NCBI RefSeq assembly: GCF_046119375.1
Contig: NW_027362761.1
Coordinates: 425,878,001 to 425,942,000, forward strand
Source: Phyllobates terribilis
Taxonomy: Eukaryota
Direction of reading: 5' to 3'
Length of the DNA stretch: 64,000 nucleotides
Shown here: positions 33,363 through 46,281 of the stretch, piece by piece
How positions within the stretch are numbered: position 1 is the stretch's first letter
How the letters are laid out: each line of letters starts with the position of its first letter
The notes under the pieces: model-generated
What the model saw: only the letters and a program-made list of their open reading frames with translations
Databases searched by the model: none
What the model was told of the DNA's origin: nothing
Position numbers and translations under genes: made by a program

Positions 33363-33766
33363 AAAGAATCAGTCTGCAGGTTTTTGCCATTTAGTCTGAA
33401 AGCAGCATAATATAGGGCAATAGACCCTTAATCCAGAGATCTGTCAATTACTGGGCTGTATGCTGTAGTTTTAATACAATCAGTGTTTTAACTGTCTGAC
33501 TAGGTCTCATGTGCAGGTCGGTCAGGCTAATCTTTGTAACCTCATCCCCACTAGTGATTAGCAGCTTGCTGACAATGTACATAGGAAGCTGTTCAACAAT
33601 ACATAGCTGAGCATTCTGACCACTTCATCTAAAGCCAGGAAAACAGGGATTCTATTCAAACTATATCAAGCAGTTCAATAAGTGATGCATCCCTGCAATC
33701 AGGGTCTGTTTTCCTACATTATGCTGCTCTCCCATTACATAGCAAAAACCTGCTAACAGATTCCCT
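33363..33766. mobile_element. Kolobok/T2-type MITE
   Basis: TTAA flanks; ends AAAGAATCAGTCTGCAGG / CCTGCTAACAGATTCCCT. Confidence 0.75.
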
Positions 33767-34578
33767 TTAAGAGTCAATTCACATAAGCACATGCTATGAA
33801 GCCCTGGGCTAAATCACCCACAGGAACTGTCATTTCCATTTCCCAACTCAGAACTGGAGGTAAGTGATAGGGTCAAGATAGTGCATAGTATTGCTTGGTA
33901 AATACGATAAATTCAATGTGCATTAACGTTGGACACCATTTTACACCTTATATATAAAATGTACGTATCAATCTGGGGGTAACCTTGTAAATACATTGCA
34001 CTGCTTTGTCTTGTATGGATCTAGAGTAACATCCTATAGTAATTATACCAACCTACAATTTTCAGTTGCCAAAACATACACAACTCCTGATGAAGGCTGC
34101 GAAACGTATGTCAAGATGTTCCCATGGTTATCTTTCCTACCGTTGAATCATATCCAGGCCAGGCATTAAATCGTGATTTATACTATTTGGGCGGTGATGT
34201 TCTATTGTAGGATAGGGACTAATTTGCAGCTATATTGAGTTTCTTGACAAATGTACATTCCCAGCTATAAAGAAACTTTTTGCTAGATAGAAGAATCTTG
34301 TTGATCCTGTGTAGGTTTGCGCGCCCTATGTCTCTTTTCTGATTTTTCCATTTGTGTTATTACTCTCCTATGTAATAAAGATTGGTGATATTTTACTTAA
34401 CTGCTTGTGTATATTTTTGGGATCTGGATGTTGTCGGTTGGCAATATTAAATTTTTTTTGCGTTAGGTTACTTTACTGCTTTGGAATAATTGTAGGCCAA
34501 TAAAGAGCACACCATTCACAGTTCTGCTGGTTGATGTTGGGAACTGTAAGCTAGCTTGTGGTCAGATACTTCCATTAA

Positions 34579-34770
34579 GGCCACGGCCCCACTATCAGTA
34601 TTCGGTCAGTATTTTTTCTCAGGAGTGGGAGACAAAACCAGATGAGGAACAATCAGAGAAAAGGTATAATAGAAACAAGTCACCAATTCAGTATTTATCA
34701 CCCACTCCTGGTTTTAGCTCCCACTCCTGAGAAAAAATACTGACCAAATACTGATAGTGGGGCCGTGGCC
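34579..34770. mobile_element. Harbinger-type MITE, hairpin, TAA TSD
   Basis: TAA|GGCCACGGCCCCACTATCAG...CTGATAGTGGGGCCGTGGCC|TAA. Confidence 0.85.
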
Positions 34771-35646
34771 TAAATGGTCGCACAGGATTAGAAAAACACA
34801 ACAGTTTTTGAAAAAGAAATGTTCTCTAAAAAGCAGCACCACGCACATCCATTCATCTTCCCAAAAGAAATTACGGTAAACGTGCATTTTTTAAACCTCG
34901 CTCATCCATTCTAACAGTTGACATCTGTTCACAATAGCATTAGAGGCTGAGGTTAACGTTCCATTTGTTGGCACAAATGGAGCAGCATGCATCACTATTT
35001 TTGTAGGTAAAATGATGGACAAAGACCAACATGGCAAAGAGCCGTGGTCTTCATTATGAACATAGCTTTAGCTACGCACCTATAATTCAGTAGGAGTTAC
35101 TATTTCATGCATCACCACTCACAGTCTGGTAGACTGATGAAACTTTGCTGAATGCCAAAATCACCATACCAAGCCATAGATTAAGCAATATTAGGAGATG
35201 TAGCCTGCAGAAACGTGAAAGTGGTTCTTGGCTATTATGTGGGTGGAACTTGTAAATAAAAGTTACTCAACTTTCTATGTAGGTTATGTAAATTATTGAG
35301 CAAGTGCTTTAGTTGGAATTGCTACTCAATGCCTTGTAATGACACCTGACATTTAATTTCTGAAAAGCAAAAGTATCAGTAATTTCAGGCACAAAGTCAA
35401 CCTGTAAGTTAATCTGCCGTACACTTAAGGTACTGATAGAAGATCAGCATTGTACACAACATCAAAGACTTCGAACAACAATATATTCATGTTCTCCAAG
35501 AGGAAAATTCAATGTTCAGTTTATAAAATCATGATCACATACTGGTAAATCTGGCACAAAGCCTTCTTCTGTACCCTACTGGCGTAAATAACTAGGGTGT
35601 AACTTGAAATGAAACATAATGATGTGCCAAAATGGGCGAGTCATGC

Positions 35647-36231
35647 TCATTGTGCTGGATTTTGCAAAAGTGATGAATAAATAATTTTAGTAATTTGAAG
35701 AACAGTAGCATGAAGAGTGTATTGTACCATCACAGCGCCAAAGCCTTTGTAGAAGCCGAGCAAACCTTCCTCTCGCTTTATAGTGTTAATGCAGTCTCTC
35801 ATTCCCTCATACTGAGTGTTAATAGGCAACACTTCATAGCCAAGGTCTGTATTATCTATTATTGTGCGTGTTCCTTGAATGTGAAGGCGGTGCATGACTG
35901 TCTCAAGAGGAAACAGTGCGACGTCGGCACATAGGCTTGCTGCAAAATTAGCAATAAGTTCTGGGAAATAATCTTCCAAAATGTTTTGGGCAGTACTGAC
36001 TCCTTCGCATGGAATTTGGGCAGGATTCCTCTTCTTCTTTATAAAGAATAAAATAAATTTCTGAACTATAGAGCTGATCATATAATGCAGCACACCATGG
36101 AGCACAGTAGGAAATGTCAGAACGAGGAGAGGCAACAAACGTTTGCTGTGAGGCACTCCGAGTCCCATAACTCTTCCAATTCCCTCCTTTAGACAATCCA
36201 AGATTCCAGGATTGTCTCGGATGATCTCACT
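35647..36231 (-). CDS. slc25a46: SLC25A46 (mitochondrial outer-membrane carrier-family protein), last coding exon (exon 8)
   Basis: Acceptor TTTTACAG|AGTGAG; [20 protein letters not shown]...[13 protein letters not shown]...[34 protein letters not shown]...; TGA at 35647-35649. Confidence 0.97.
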   Translation of the reverse strand, partial: SEIIRDNPGILDCLKEGIGRVMGLGVPHSKRLLPLLVLTFPTVLHGVLHYMISSIVQKFILFFIKKKRNPAQIPCEGVSTAQNILEDYFPELIANFAASLCADVALFPLETVMHRLHIQGTRTIIDNTDLGYEVLPINTQYEGMRDCINTIKREEGLLGFYKGFGAVMVQYTLHATVLQITKIIYSSLLQNPAQ

Positions 36232-36808
36232 CTGTAAAACATTTAGAACAAAAGCTGCTTTAGTGCCCCTTGTGTTTGCTCATATAAACAATCTTCTATA
36301 GAATGTCCCTGGTTAAAACCAAATGATGAAGATACACAAGATTACTGTCAGACGAAGGTTAGGTCAGCAGACTGCGCTCCCTCTCCCGACTCCTCCATAC
36401 ATGAGTGCGTGTTCAATGGAAAGAGGAGAAAGCCGATGCCAAGAACCTTTGGTAGAGGTTTAGCTCCTTGGAAAACAATACGTTCAACTATTAAAACTCC
36501 TATGGCCCCCACCCTTCTCTCCTTCAACATCATCTGTCAAAATGAGACTGGTCCACCTGATCCAATCTGAATTGTAACTTCTCTAGCAAAATTCCAATCA
36601 ATAACACGTCCACTATTAGTTTCCTTTGATGATATATTTTGAATATTTTTGCTGAAACAAGTATGCCCAAAGGTAACCTATTTCAACGGAATTTGGCAAT
36701 CCAACAGTAGCCGAGATTGGCAGATTGATTTGCAGGACTCTGGTCCATTGGCCAGGTCTGTAGTCCCTGGCCAATGGACAGGAGCTCTGCGAATCTCTTA
36801 CTTTAGAG

Positions 36809-36991
36809 CAGTGCTTCCCAAACTCCAGTCCTCACGGACCCCACAGGTCGTGTTTTCAGGATTTCCATAGTATTGCACAGGTGAGAGAATTCCTGATGCC
36901 TTGATGATACTTCCATCACCTGTGCAATACTAAGGAAATCCTGAAAACATGACCTGTGGAGTCCGTGAGGACTGGAGTTTGGGAAACACAG
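36809..36991. mobile_element. hAT-type MITE (183 bp), palindromic, 8-bp TSD CTTTAGAG
   Basis: CAGTGCTTCCCAAACTCCAG...CTGGAGTTTGGGAAACACAG with an identical 8-bp flank on both sides. Confidence 0.9.
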
Positions 36992-37235
36992 CTTTAGAGG
37001 ATCCCCGGCTTTTGAATGGCCGGGTTAGCGCGATGTCATCAAGAGCCGAGCTGGTAATCCCAGAAGGTAAGAGATTTGCAAGTCTTCTGTCCAGCGGCTA
37101 AGGACTACTTAGTCCCATGAATTGATCCATCCATCTCTAAACAGTAGAAGAAGACACAAGGTGTTCTAAGGCTTTATTTTTTTTTTATTAGAGAGCAATT
37201 TGAAATGTAGATCTTTTGCTATGTAGCGTGCTTAC

Positions 37236-37293
37236 CTGTACAGTTTCAATCAGGTTTGCTGAATAGAAGGGAGTTGCAATTACATAGACTAAA
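37236..37293 (-). CDS. slc25a46: SLC25A46 exon 7 (58 bp)
   Basis: TTTTGCAG|...LVYVIATPFYSANLIETVQ|GTAAGC. Confidence 0.95.
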
Positions 37294-37390
37294 CTGCAAA
37301 ATATAAGCATTGGGTATGTTAATAAAATAGATGCAAAAAACCAAAACAAAACAAAATGCAGAACTGCTCAGGAAATCTAGAAAGACTTAC

Positions 37391-37447
37391 CCTTTAAGGA
37401 GAATATGTCCTCCTATTTGTCTGGGACTCCATTTATGAGTAAGTTCC
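37391..37447 (-). CDS. slc25a46: SLC25A46 exon 6 (57 bp)
   Basis: TATTTCAG|...ELTHKWSPRQIGGHILLKG|GTAAGT. Confidence 0.95.
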
Positions 37448-37919
37448 CTGAAATAGAATAAAGTAAAATAATTTTCTGAGAAATTTTAGTGTATATCCAT
37501 TGACAAAAAATATGAATCAAGAAAAAAAAAACGTGATTTTGCCTTCAATTCCAAAAATACCAAGTATCCCACCTTTGCACTATAGCACAGCATTTCATTG
37601 TAATGTTCTAGGGAGTCAGCAATAAGCAATGTCTTTGTACACCTTACCACACAAAAGACTTATGGATAACATTTACAAAACTATTAAATTGTCTGTTCAA
37701 TCAGAAAAATACATTCATTTATGAATTATTTTATTAGGCTTTTTAATGTAAACATTTATTTTTTTTTGCTGGTGTATTTTGTTAGGTCATTGAACGCATA
37801 TAAATAAAAAAACCCATATATATATATGTATATAAAAAAAATAATTTGAGTTGTCACTAATCAATGGGATACAGTAGACTGACATTACTTGTTTCCATTT
37901 ATTTCTGGAGACTATAATG

Positions 37920-39264
37920 CAGGGGTGCACAGCCGGTGAGACAGAGGCCACATGTGGCCCAAGATGCCATTATTTGTGGCCCTCAACCATATGGACAGAA
38001 ACATGCTTTACTGATAGGTTAACTATACGTGGGCAGCCACACAGAAGATTAGTGGCAGCAGCTGAGGTGTAGGGACTGGCAAGTACTAATGGTGTCCTGT
38101 GTAGACATCTCTGGATGCCTCATACACCAGGAGAAAGGGGGTCTCTCGACCCATCTGGCTCCAGAAAGTAGTATGTGAATTAGGTGGCCTCAGTGTCTGC
38201 AGCTCGCTCCACTGTAGTTTATGGGAGTTCTGAAACATTAGGCAGTAATAAAAAAAACAAAACATGATCTATTGTAGAGAGGCATGTGCATGCATGATTG
38301 CTTCCTTTTTAGGACCTATTCACATAGTTTTTTTTTTTTTACAAAGATTTAGAAGTGGATTTACTGAATATCCACTTAAAATGCTTCCCATTAGTTTTCC
38401 TGCAAAATACTCAAAATAACGTAAACGTTTTTGATGGGGATTTTAGTAGCAGAATCTATTTCTAAATCCTCATCAAAAAACTGTGTAAACGTACCATTAG
38501 AGCGCTGATTTTTGGAGGTAAGAGTCCTGTAAGTAGAATTTGTATCAGGCATTTAAGGTACATACCATATTTTTCGGACTATAAGATGCACCGCAAATTT
38601 TGGGGTGGAAAATAGGAAAAAAATAATTTTTTATAAGATGGGGGTCCATCTTATAGTCTGAACAGGTAAGGTATCTTACCTGGGGGGGCTGTGGAGTGGG
38701 GGTCAGAGGAGGCAGGGTCCTTCAGGAAGCCGGTGAAAGTGGAGGAATGCTATGGACCCTGGATGTGAGAAGGCGGTGCTCCAGCAGCCGGGAGTTGCGG
38801 TTGTGGTGGAGCGGGATTGCAGGGCCCTCCGTTCCCTCCCTCAGGAACCCAGTGGCGGCAGCAGAAGAGGCGAGGTGCTGCGGGGCCAGTGTCTGGCTGT
38901 CGCCGGTGAGGCAGAGCGTAGAGTGCAGCTTTCAGGTAGCCGCAGCTATCTTCTTGAAGTCATGATCTACAGGCCACAGAGTTCACAGTCTACACATGCA
39001 ACGGCTCGGGAGGCCATTTTCCAGTAGATCACGGCTTCAGGAAGATGGCTGCAGCCACGGGAAAGCAGCGCTCGCCGCTTACGTTCGGACCATAAGATGC
39101 ACCCCCCATTTTCCTACGAAATATGGGGGAAAAAAGTGTGTTTTATGGTCCGAAAAATACGGTACTTTTGAAATGTCACAAAAGGTAATACCCTTTTAAT
39201 TTTCAGTGCGGCCCCTGTATTGGTTCAGTATGACAATTTGGTCTTTGGACCAAAAAATGTTGTG
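37920..39264. mobile_element. Non-autonomous hAT (CAGGGG start), right tip eroded, with a nested TA element
   Basis: Flanks CTATAATG / CTATAAAG (7/8 match); subterminal GGCCC motifs. Confidence 0.5.
38565..39162. mobile_element. Tc1/mariner-superfamily (pogo/Tc2-like) non-autonomous element
   Basis: TA|CCATATTTTTCGGACTATAAGATGCA...TATGGTCCGAAAAATACGG|TA. Confidence 0.85.
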
Positions 39265-39519
39265 CTATAAAGCCTCCTTCACACAAGCCAAACCACAAAA
39301 AAGGAACAAATCTTGTCATCAGTTTTTATCTCTATAGGTCCCACTCCTGGATTAGCGTATTAGAAATATAGATGCAAAATACTGACTAAAATCTACAAGT
39401 CTAAATAAGACTTGACTTTCATGCAGGCTCACAAGCAGAGCATGCATCTTTCCCAACAGATAACAGCTGTTGTATACAGCCATCATCTGCATCTAATAGC
39501 TGCGCGTGGAGAGGAGGTC

Positions 39520-39860
39520 CACTGACTTATGGATGGGAGGCTGGCATTGGGGGCCATCATAATGAGTGAGGGGCTGGCTGTGGGAGCCATCATATAAAGT
39601 GGGGGCTGGGATTTGGGGGGCATCATACTGTGGCCATCATACTGAGTAGGGCGTAGGCTGTAGAGGTTATCATACTGAAGGGCAATGATACTGTGTAGGG
39701 GACTGTGTGGACCATGATACTGTGTGGGGGGTTATGGAAGCATCATACTGAGATGGCCATCATACGGTGTGTATGTGGGAGGGTTGTGGTGACAATGATA
39801 CTGTATGGGGGCATCATACTGAGTAATGGCTGTGGGGGCATCATGCTGAAAGGCGTGGGG
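39520..39860 (+). repeat. Degenerate G-rich minisatellite (GGGGCCATCATACTG core)
   Basis: About 10 recurrences of CATCATACTG/ATGATACTG. Confidence 0.7.
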
Positions 39861-41014
39861 GGTAGTATAGTGTGTGTGTGCGTGCGCGGAGGGGGGGGCA
39901 GGCGTTAAACTTTATAATGGACATGAAAGTGATTTCATGGGTGAGAACACTAATGGGCTTCAATACGGGCATAATTACTGAGCGAGTGGGTCCCAATCAT
40001 CAATTCTCTCTACGGCCCTGAGCGGGCGATCGAATAACTACAATAAACATGACCCACACCCACTAGGTAAAGGGCATACAACTAGTACTAAATGAAAAGA
40101 ACCATAGCTCTGGGACCATATTGAGGATTTAAAAGAAAAGAAAGAAAAAAAAATCAGGAATAAAATAGGAGCGAAAAGCAGCCACTTTTAACCTGGTGCC
40201 ATGTCCACTTTAAATTCATCTTCAGCCCACTCATCACTTGTAGCAAACTTTAAAGTGTTAAACCTTTAGTGTTTTAGACAAGTGTGCTGTTCATTAGACT
40301 TTCCATCAAAACCAGGCTCTGGAATGTACAAGGAGAAAAGATCTAGTGGGAAGCTCAGTACTTGGGTAAAATCCATGTCACCGTCAATGTTGCCGTGTTG
40401 GATTTTACTTAAAGGCTCACATTCCACCAATAGACTTGTATGCACGGGCGCCGTCCGATATACGCTGCCAATTGCAGCATACAGAGATTTCTGTCATATC
40501 GACTCGGTATGAGAAAATAAATGCTAGGCGGCACTGCTCCATAGTATAACATTGTGTTTCGTCCACATATTTTTCATAGGTATGCACACGACTGTGGAAA
40601 CAGTCAGGATGGATGCCAATGCATCTGTCCACCACAGGGACTCTTTGGAAAGAAATGTATATCGCATGATCTATGTTTTTGCAGTAATTCTGCTGTGCTT
40701 TCCTGTATAGTTAAGCAGTGTGCAGGTGCATAGAACACATCTTTGGCCTTTGCCTGGTGAATGGAGTCCCTCTGCAATGTTACGCTATATTTCAGGAAAA
40801 AAGCCCAATGCATACTGTAGGCTGTATACTGTAGGCCAGGGGCACAGAATCCGTGTGCTCCTAACCTTACCGGACTGCGCTGAATGGATTGTGTGTGGAC
40901 AGCAGCTGCCATATTATGACCCCGTACACATTTACACTGCAATATTCACTATCAGGTAGCAATAGTGTTATGAGCGATAACCAGCCAAAACTGACAAAAG
41001 CTGTATAACCATTA

Positions 41015-41164
<150 letters not shown>

Positions 41165-42814
41165 CTAACAAGACAAAAACAATATAGACGCTGCAGGAGC
41201 AAGAGAGATACTGTAAGAAAAAAATCAGACAGAATAGTACCAGAGGTCATCCATACATGTATTAATGGGGGGAACATTTAGGAAATGGGACCACACAAAT
41301 CTGTGCAGTTTTTATGATCTGGGCCATGGATATACAACTGATGGTATTACACAAAAGAAGTCCTGAACATTGCCTTCTGGCCTTGGGCTAAGGCTAGGTA
41401 GAGCAATGTATAACGAGCGTCTCCGAGAAGCCCAAGGTCTAAAGAGCGATGGTTCTCTATATGGACGGCATGTGCTCTGGTAACCGATCACAGCATCTCC
41501 AGGCACCATCACTAGTCACACGGCGTGGCTATGAGCATCATATCATTCTCAACGGATTATACACAAATCAGCATATTTGTTGACTAATAGGTCAAAGGGC
41601 AAGGTCATCAGAAAATTACCTATTGTTTAAATCAAGTTCAAGTTACTTGTATTTTTTTTCATAGCACGATCTTTATTAAAAAAAAAATAAAAAAATTCAT
41701 GATCTTAAATTTTCACAGTGGCCTCTGGGACTTTCTTACATTCATACTTCCGGTCTTTTCAGGAAGAATTTTCAGCAGACTCCTTATCAGCATAGGCAAG
41801 ATTACAATAACATGCAACACCTCTATGCAAAGCTGATGGCACAGGATCCACCAATCACAATAGGTAATGGCACAACTGAGCCTGCTCCCCCCCCTCATTA
41901 GAAGCTTCAATAGAAAAAAATAGGGAGGGCCCAAGTGAGTCTATTGCAGCTAATGTACATGAGCATTTCAACAAACAGCAACAGTCTACAGAAGCCTCAG
42001 TGGCCAATTTTGAAAAAAAAAAGTACATTTTTAATAAAGATATTGCAATAAACATTCCTCCCAAAACATCACCACATCGTGAATTAAATCAGTTTTATTG
42101 CTACTACTGTGCACGAGGATGACCCGTGGATGTAAAACTATTTCTAGTGAATATACGCCTCCAGTAGTGACCGTGTGCTTCCATTGTTCATCAAGAGCAA
42201 ATGATACAGAATATTCACGCACCTCCACGGTTTATGCAATCTTGCTGCTGCATTCAGGTTACTTTTATGAAGTCACCGGCTCGCAGTTATGAAAAACGGC
42301 TTAATGCGCTTCAGGTCTTTAGTGTACTTATTGGCATCTTAGGGTGCTTTCAACACAACCAGGACACATTCGTTCCGCTGACACAATTATAGTCTATGGC
42401 TCCGACGGGCGCATATGCCCAAATCCAGTTTTGCAGGGGGTTTGGATGTAAGCCCTGGCAGGAGCCACTGAACAGGTGCCCAAATGCAGTGTGAACGCAC
42501 CCAGAGTGACAAATGTGGCGCAAATGATGCCAGCACACCTTTATGCATGGTAGTACACTTCCAAATTTTCAATAAATGGCAGAGATCAATGTCAACTTTT
42601 GCAAAACTTGCAACTTTTTATGCATCTTAATTGGTACAGTTTCAATAATAAACAAAAGCGAAAGATCAATGGGAATGTATAAATGTGCGCAACATGTCTA
42701 GAATATGCGAGGTTTATGCAACAATGCAATCAGAAATAACATACTTCATGCCAAACGTTACCCCTTTTCTCGTCATTTTTCAAATGGAATAAAACATTGA
42801 TAAATTTGGCATGA

Positions 42815-43176
42815 CGGGGTTTTCCGACCTTAGCCTACAATCTGCAGACACCCTATGTGACTGAAGACTTGGGACTTCTCACATAGCGTACAGATTCTCC
42901 GATGCTGGTGGTCATGTGACTGAAAGTGTGCGATTTACATACTTCGGCCACATACTGACTAGACAGCGTCCGGCCTCGCTCAATACACTTGCATTGAGTG
43001 TTGTCGCGTCCATGTAGTCGGTATGTGACCGCATGTATACAAATCATATACTTGCAGCCATGCGCCCGCCGACAGAGAATCCTCACAGCGGGCAGTGTGC
43101 GCGATGTGAGGAATCACTAGTCTGCAATCACACAGTGACTGCAGACTTGTAGCCTGAGGTGGGAAAACCCTCTTAA
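42815..43176. mobile_element. Kolobok/T2-type MITE
   Basis: GGGGTTTTCCGACCTTAGCCTACA / TGTAGCCTGAGGTGGGAAAACCCTC-TTAA; left TTAA eroded. Confidence 0.65.
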
Positions 43177-43691
43177 GCATTTGTAACAATGAAATTCTGC
43201 AATTGGTGCAAACACAATGATAGACGTCTCCCACTGTATCAGTGAGTGTATGAAGTAATCTACGCCACATTTATCAGAACTGTCAAACAATGAAAGCCAA
43301 GCGCTGGCTGCCATCTCAACTTCCTGCTAGACGATCCTTGTTGCACATAGCAACCAATTAGAGCTCAGATTTCATTTCATAATCTGCTTTGGAAAAATTA
43401 AAGCCGAGCTCTGATTGGTTGCTATGTGGCCACTATGAAATGCAGGACTCCGAAGAGTAAATGTGAGAAGAATGGCTTCACAACGTAAAGCCAAAAGTGC
43501 AAGGCAGCATTATAGGACTTGTGCTGGGCTAGAGATGGGTCTCAGCAAAGAGCTCCATTAACAAGCAGAATTTAGAATACAGCTCAGCAGGCTGACTACA
43601 AGGATGGACAATTTTACATGGTTTTTAATAAAAAAAATTAAAAAGAAAATTGAAAATTAAAAATAGAATTGACAGAAGCTTTCACACGTAC

Positions 43692-43769
43692 CTGTGTCTT
43701 GGTAAAATTATACATAATATTCACAATGCTAAATGGAGACAAGTGGTAATTCCTTGCATGGTAGTTAAC
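43692..43769 (-). CDS. slc25a46: SLC25A46 exon 4 (78 bp)
   Basis: TTTTCAG|[26 protein letters not shown]|GTACGT. Confidence 0.96.
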
Positions 43770-44019
43770 CTGAAAAGAAACATACAAATCAGAAGTCATC
43801 ATATATTATTATAAAACCAAATTATTGCAGAAATTTAAAGGGATACTCCCTATGCCATAGGAAGTCCTGCCAATATTCTGATCAGTGGATAAGTGCAGGT
43901 CGGACCTCAAACTCCCCCCAATCCTGAGAAAGACGGGCCTGATCTTCATGTTAGGTCACAAGCTAGTCTCAAAGCAGAAACAGAAAAACTGCATCCTTAC
44001 AGGGTTTATTTTTCATTAA

Positions 44020-44342
44020 AGTGACCCTCCATCCTGGCACTGAAAGGGACTATACATTTTTCAAGTATACTCACCCTACCTGGTCTTCTCCACTGAGACA
44101 TACAGTGTCCAAGATGGCGGCCATTGGGAGCAATGGCAAGTTTAAACCAGTCCTCCAGAGCACTGGAATGGCAGGAGAGGCTTGGTGCAAGCTCAACACT
44201 GTGCTCAGACACTGCAGCGCTCATCTTGGATACAGCAGGACCAAAACGTCAGTTCTAGTGGAGACAAATGGAGAGCACCCAGTAGGGTGACCATAAATGA
44301 CAAATGTGTAGTCACTTCTCAGTGCCAGGATGGAGGGCTGCT
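44020..44342. mobile_element. TTAA MITE (Kolobok/T2-type)
   Basis: TTAA|AGTGACCCTCCATCCTGGCACTGA...TCAGTGCCAGGATGGAGGGCTGCT|TTAA. Confidence 0.8.
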
Positions 44343-45297
44343 TTAATTGTTGTTCATTTTTACCAAATGTGGAAAAAAGAGAAATATAACAAGTTAAAAA
44401 GTACATAAATTACAAACACCCCAGTGCACTTTCCTCCCAAAGCATCTTATTGGTGAAATAAAAAAAGTTAGAACAAAAGCTAGAACCAAAAAGTACTTAA
44501 AGAGCATCTATCAGTAGTATCAACCCTCCTAACCCGTATATATGGGCATGCAGGTTAAAAAGAAAGTTGAACAAAAAGATACCTTGATATTGGTGATCCG
44601 ATGTTTTACTCCAGAGAAATCTATATTTTTCTTAATATGTAAATGAGCTGGCAAGATCTATGGGTCAGACATAGATCTCCCAGAGAATCTGCCTCTTTTA
44701 AATGGAAGGGGGTATTAACAGTATGAGACATGTAATGATTGACAGTTGTAATGATATTTAGAAGAGTTGATCTTTGTCTCATTACAAACACTTTTACAGC
44801 TGCAGTTGTCCTCTTTAGTGCTGTCAGCGCTGCGGTAACTAACACTTCTTCAGCTTCTCACAGATAGCCAAGTGGGGGGGGGGGGGGGGGCAATACAACA
44901 GAACTTTGTCTTCTTACAAACACATCTGTATCTGTCCTTTCAGTACCCCCCACACTGGCTGTGTAAGATAAAAGCTAAATACGTGTTAGTTGTAGTCAGG
45001 CACTGCTCTGCAGCTGAGCTGACCGCTCTATGAGAGGACAGCGGAAGCTGCAGTGGAATGAGAAAGCTCAGCTCTGCTGTACTAGGTTATAATCACACAC
45101 AGGTCTGCAGTGAGATCAGGAAAGCAGACTGTCAGTCATAACATGTCTGACACTGGTAACGCCTCCTTTCATTTAAAATAAGCTCTAGAGTTAAACTCAG
45201 AGAGATCTGTGTCCGACCCAGAGATCATAGCAGCTCATTTACATACTAAGAAAAGTGTGGATTTCTCGGGAATACTACGTCAGATCGCAGATATTAA

Positions 45298-45658
45298 AGG
45301 GGTATTCCCATCTCCAAGATCCTATCCCAATATGTAGTAGGTGTAATAATAATAATATTAGCAAATACCTCCAATTAGAAATGTACTATAGTATTTTTGA
45401 TTCACTATGCCACTTACCTTATGTGCAGGCATCACAGGACCTTAGGTATCCATGGTTATGACCACTAGCAGCTAGCGAACTGTGACTTTATAAGTGGACG
45501 TAACCATGGATACCTAAGGTCCTGCAATGCCTGCACATGAGGAAAGTGGCATAGCAAATCAAAAATACTATACTACATTTCTAATTGGAGGCATTTGCTA
45601 ATATTATTATTACACCTACTACATAATGGGATGGGATCATGGAGATGGGAATACCCCT
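45298..45658. mobile_element. TTAA MITE, near-perfect palindrome (361 bp)
   Basis: AGGGGTATTCCCATCTCC...GGAGATGGGAATACCCCT; arms ~160 bp. Confidence 0.92.
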
Positions 45659-45911
45659 TTAAGGTATCATTTTATTCAACTTTCTTTGATCTGCATGCCC
45701 TTGTAGACGGCTTCGAAGGTTTGCTCCTATAGACAGATTCCCTTTAAATTTTCCCTAGATTTATGAAATAGAGTATTTTCTCAATAAGCAGAAATCCAGC
45801 TTCAGTGGCCACAATACGACTGGTTGTATCAAATCTGATCTCGAATTGGAACAATAAAGACAATAAGTGAACTTTTTTCCCATTAGCCAAATAATCTATG
45901 ACTGTGCCAAA

Positions 45912-45955
45912 ACACATGCAGTGACACATGCAGTGACACATGCAGTGACACATGC
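45912..45955 (+). repeat. 12-bp tandem repeat (ACACATGCAGTG) x ~3.5
   Basis: Direct read. Confidence 0.9.
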
Positions 45956-46281
45956 GACCAGATTTAAACAAAGCGGGCAACTAGCGATGTTTCAGAGAAC
46001 ATATAATATGCGAGTATAGTATACAGAATGAAGGATGATCAAGCAAATTGTTCTTGAAGACAAGTTTTTCTTCAATCAAGAAAGTAATGGCGCAGATTAA
46101 AAAGCAGATTTCTTCAGCGAGACACTCAAATATTTTAGACTAAATAGAGCACGCACTACAGCATTCTTTTCAGCAAAGGCATTAGTAATACTCCACAAAT
46201 ATAGTCAAAATAGCTCATATGACTGAACTATAGATACCAAAATTCAGATTGATAAATCAACTTCACTTTACAATTTGTTAA

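Noticed and set aside
40180-40400. Minus-strand stretch reading FATSDEWAEDEFKVDMAP in intron 5
   Set aside because: Weak donor, not part of SLC25A46, and no recognisable homology.
44874-44890. Poly-G runs (G17 here, G15 at 50838-50852)
   Set aside because: Simple homopolymers of uncertain length accuracy with no further structure.
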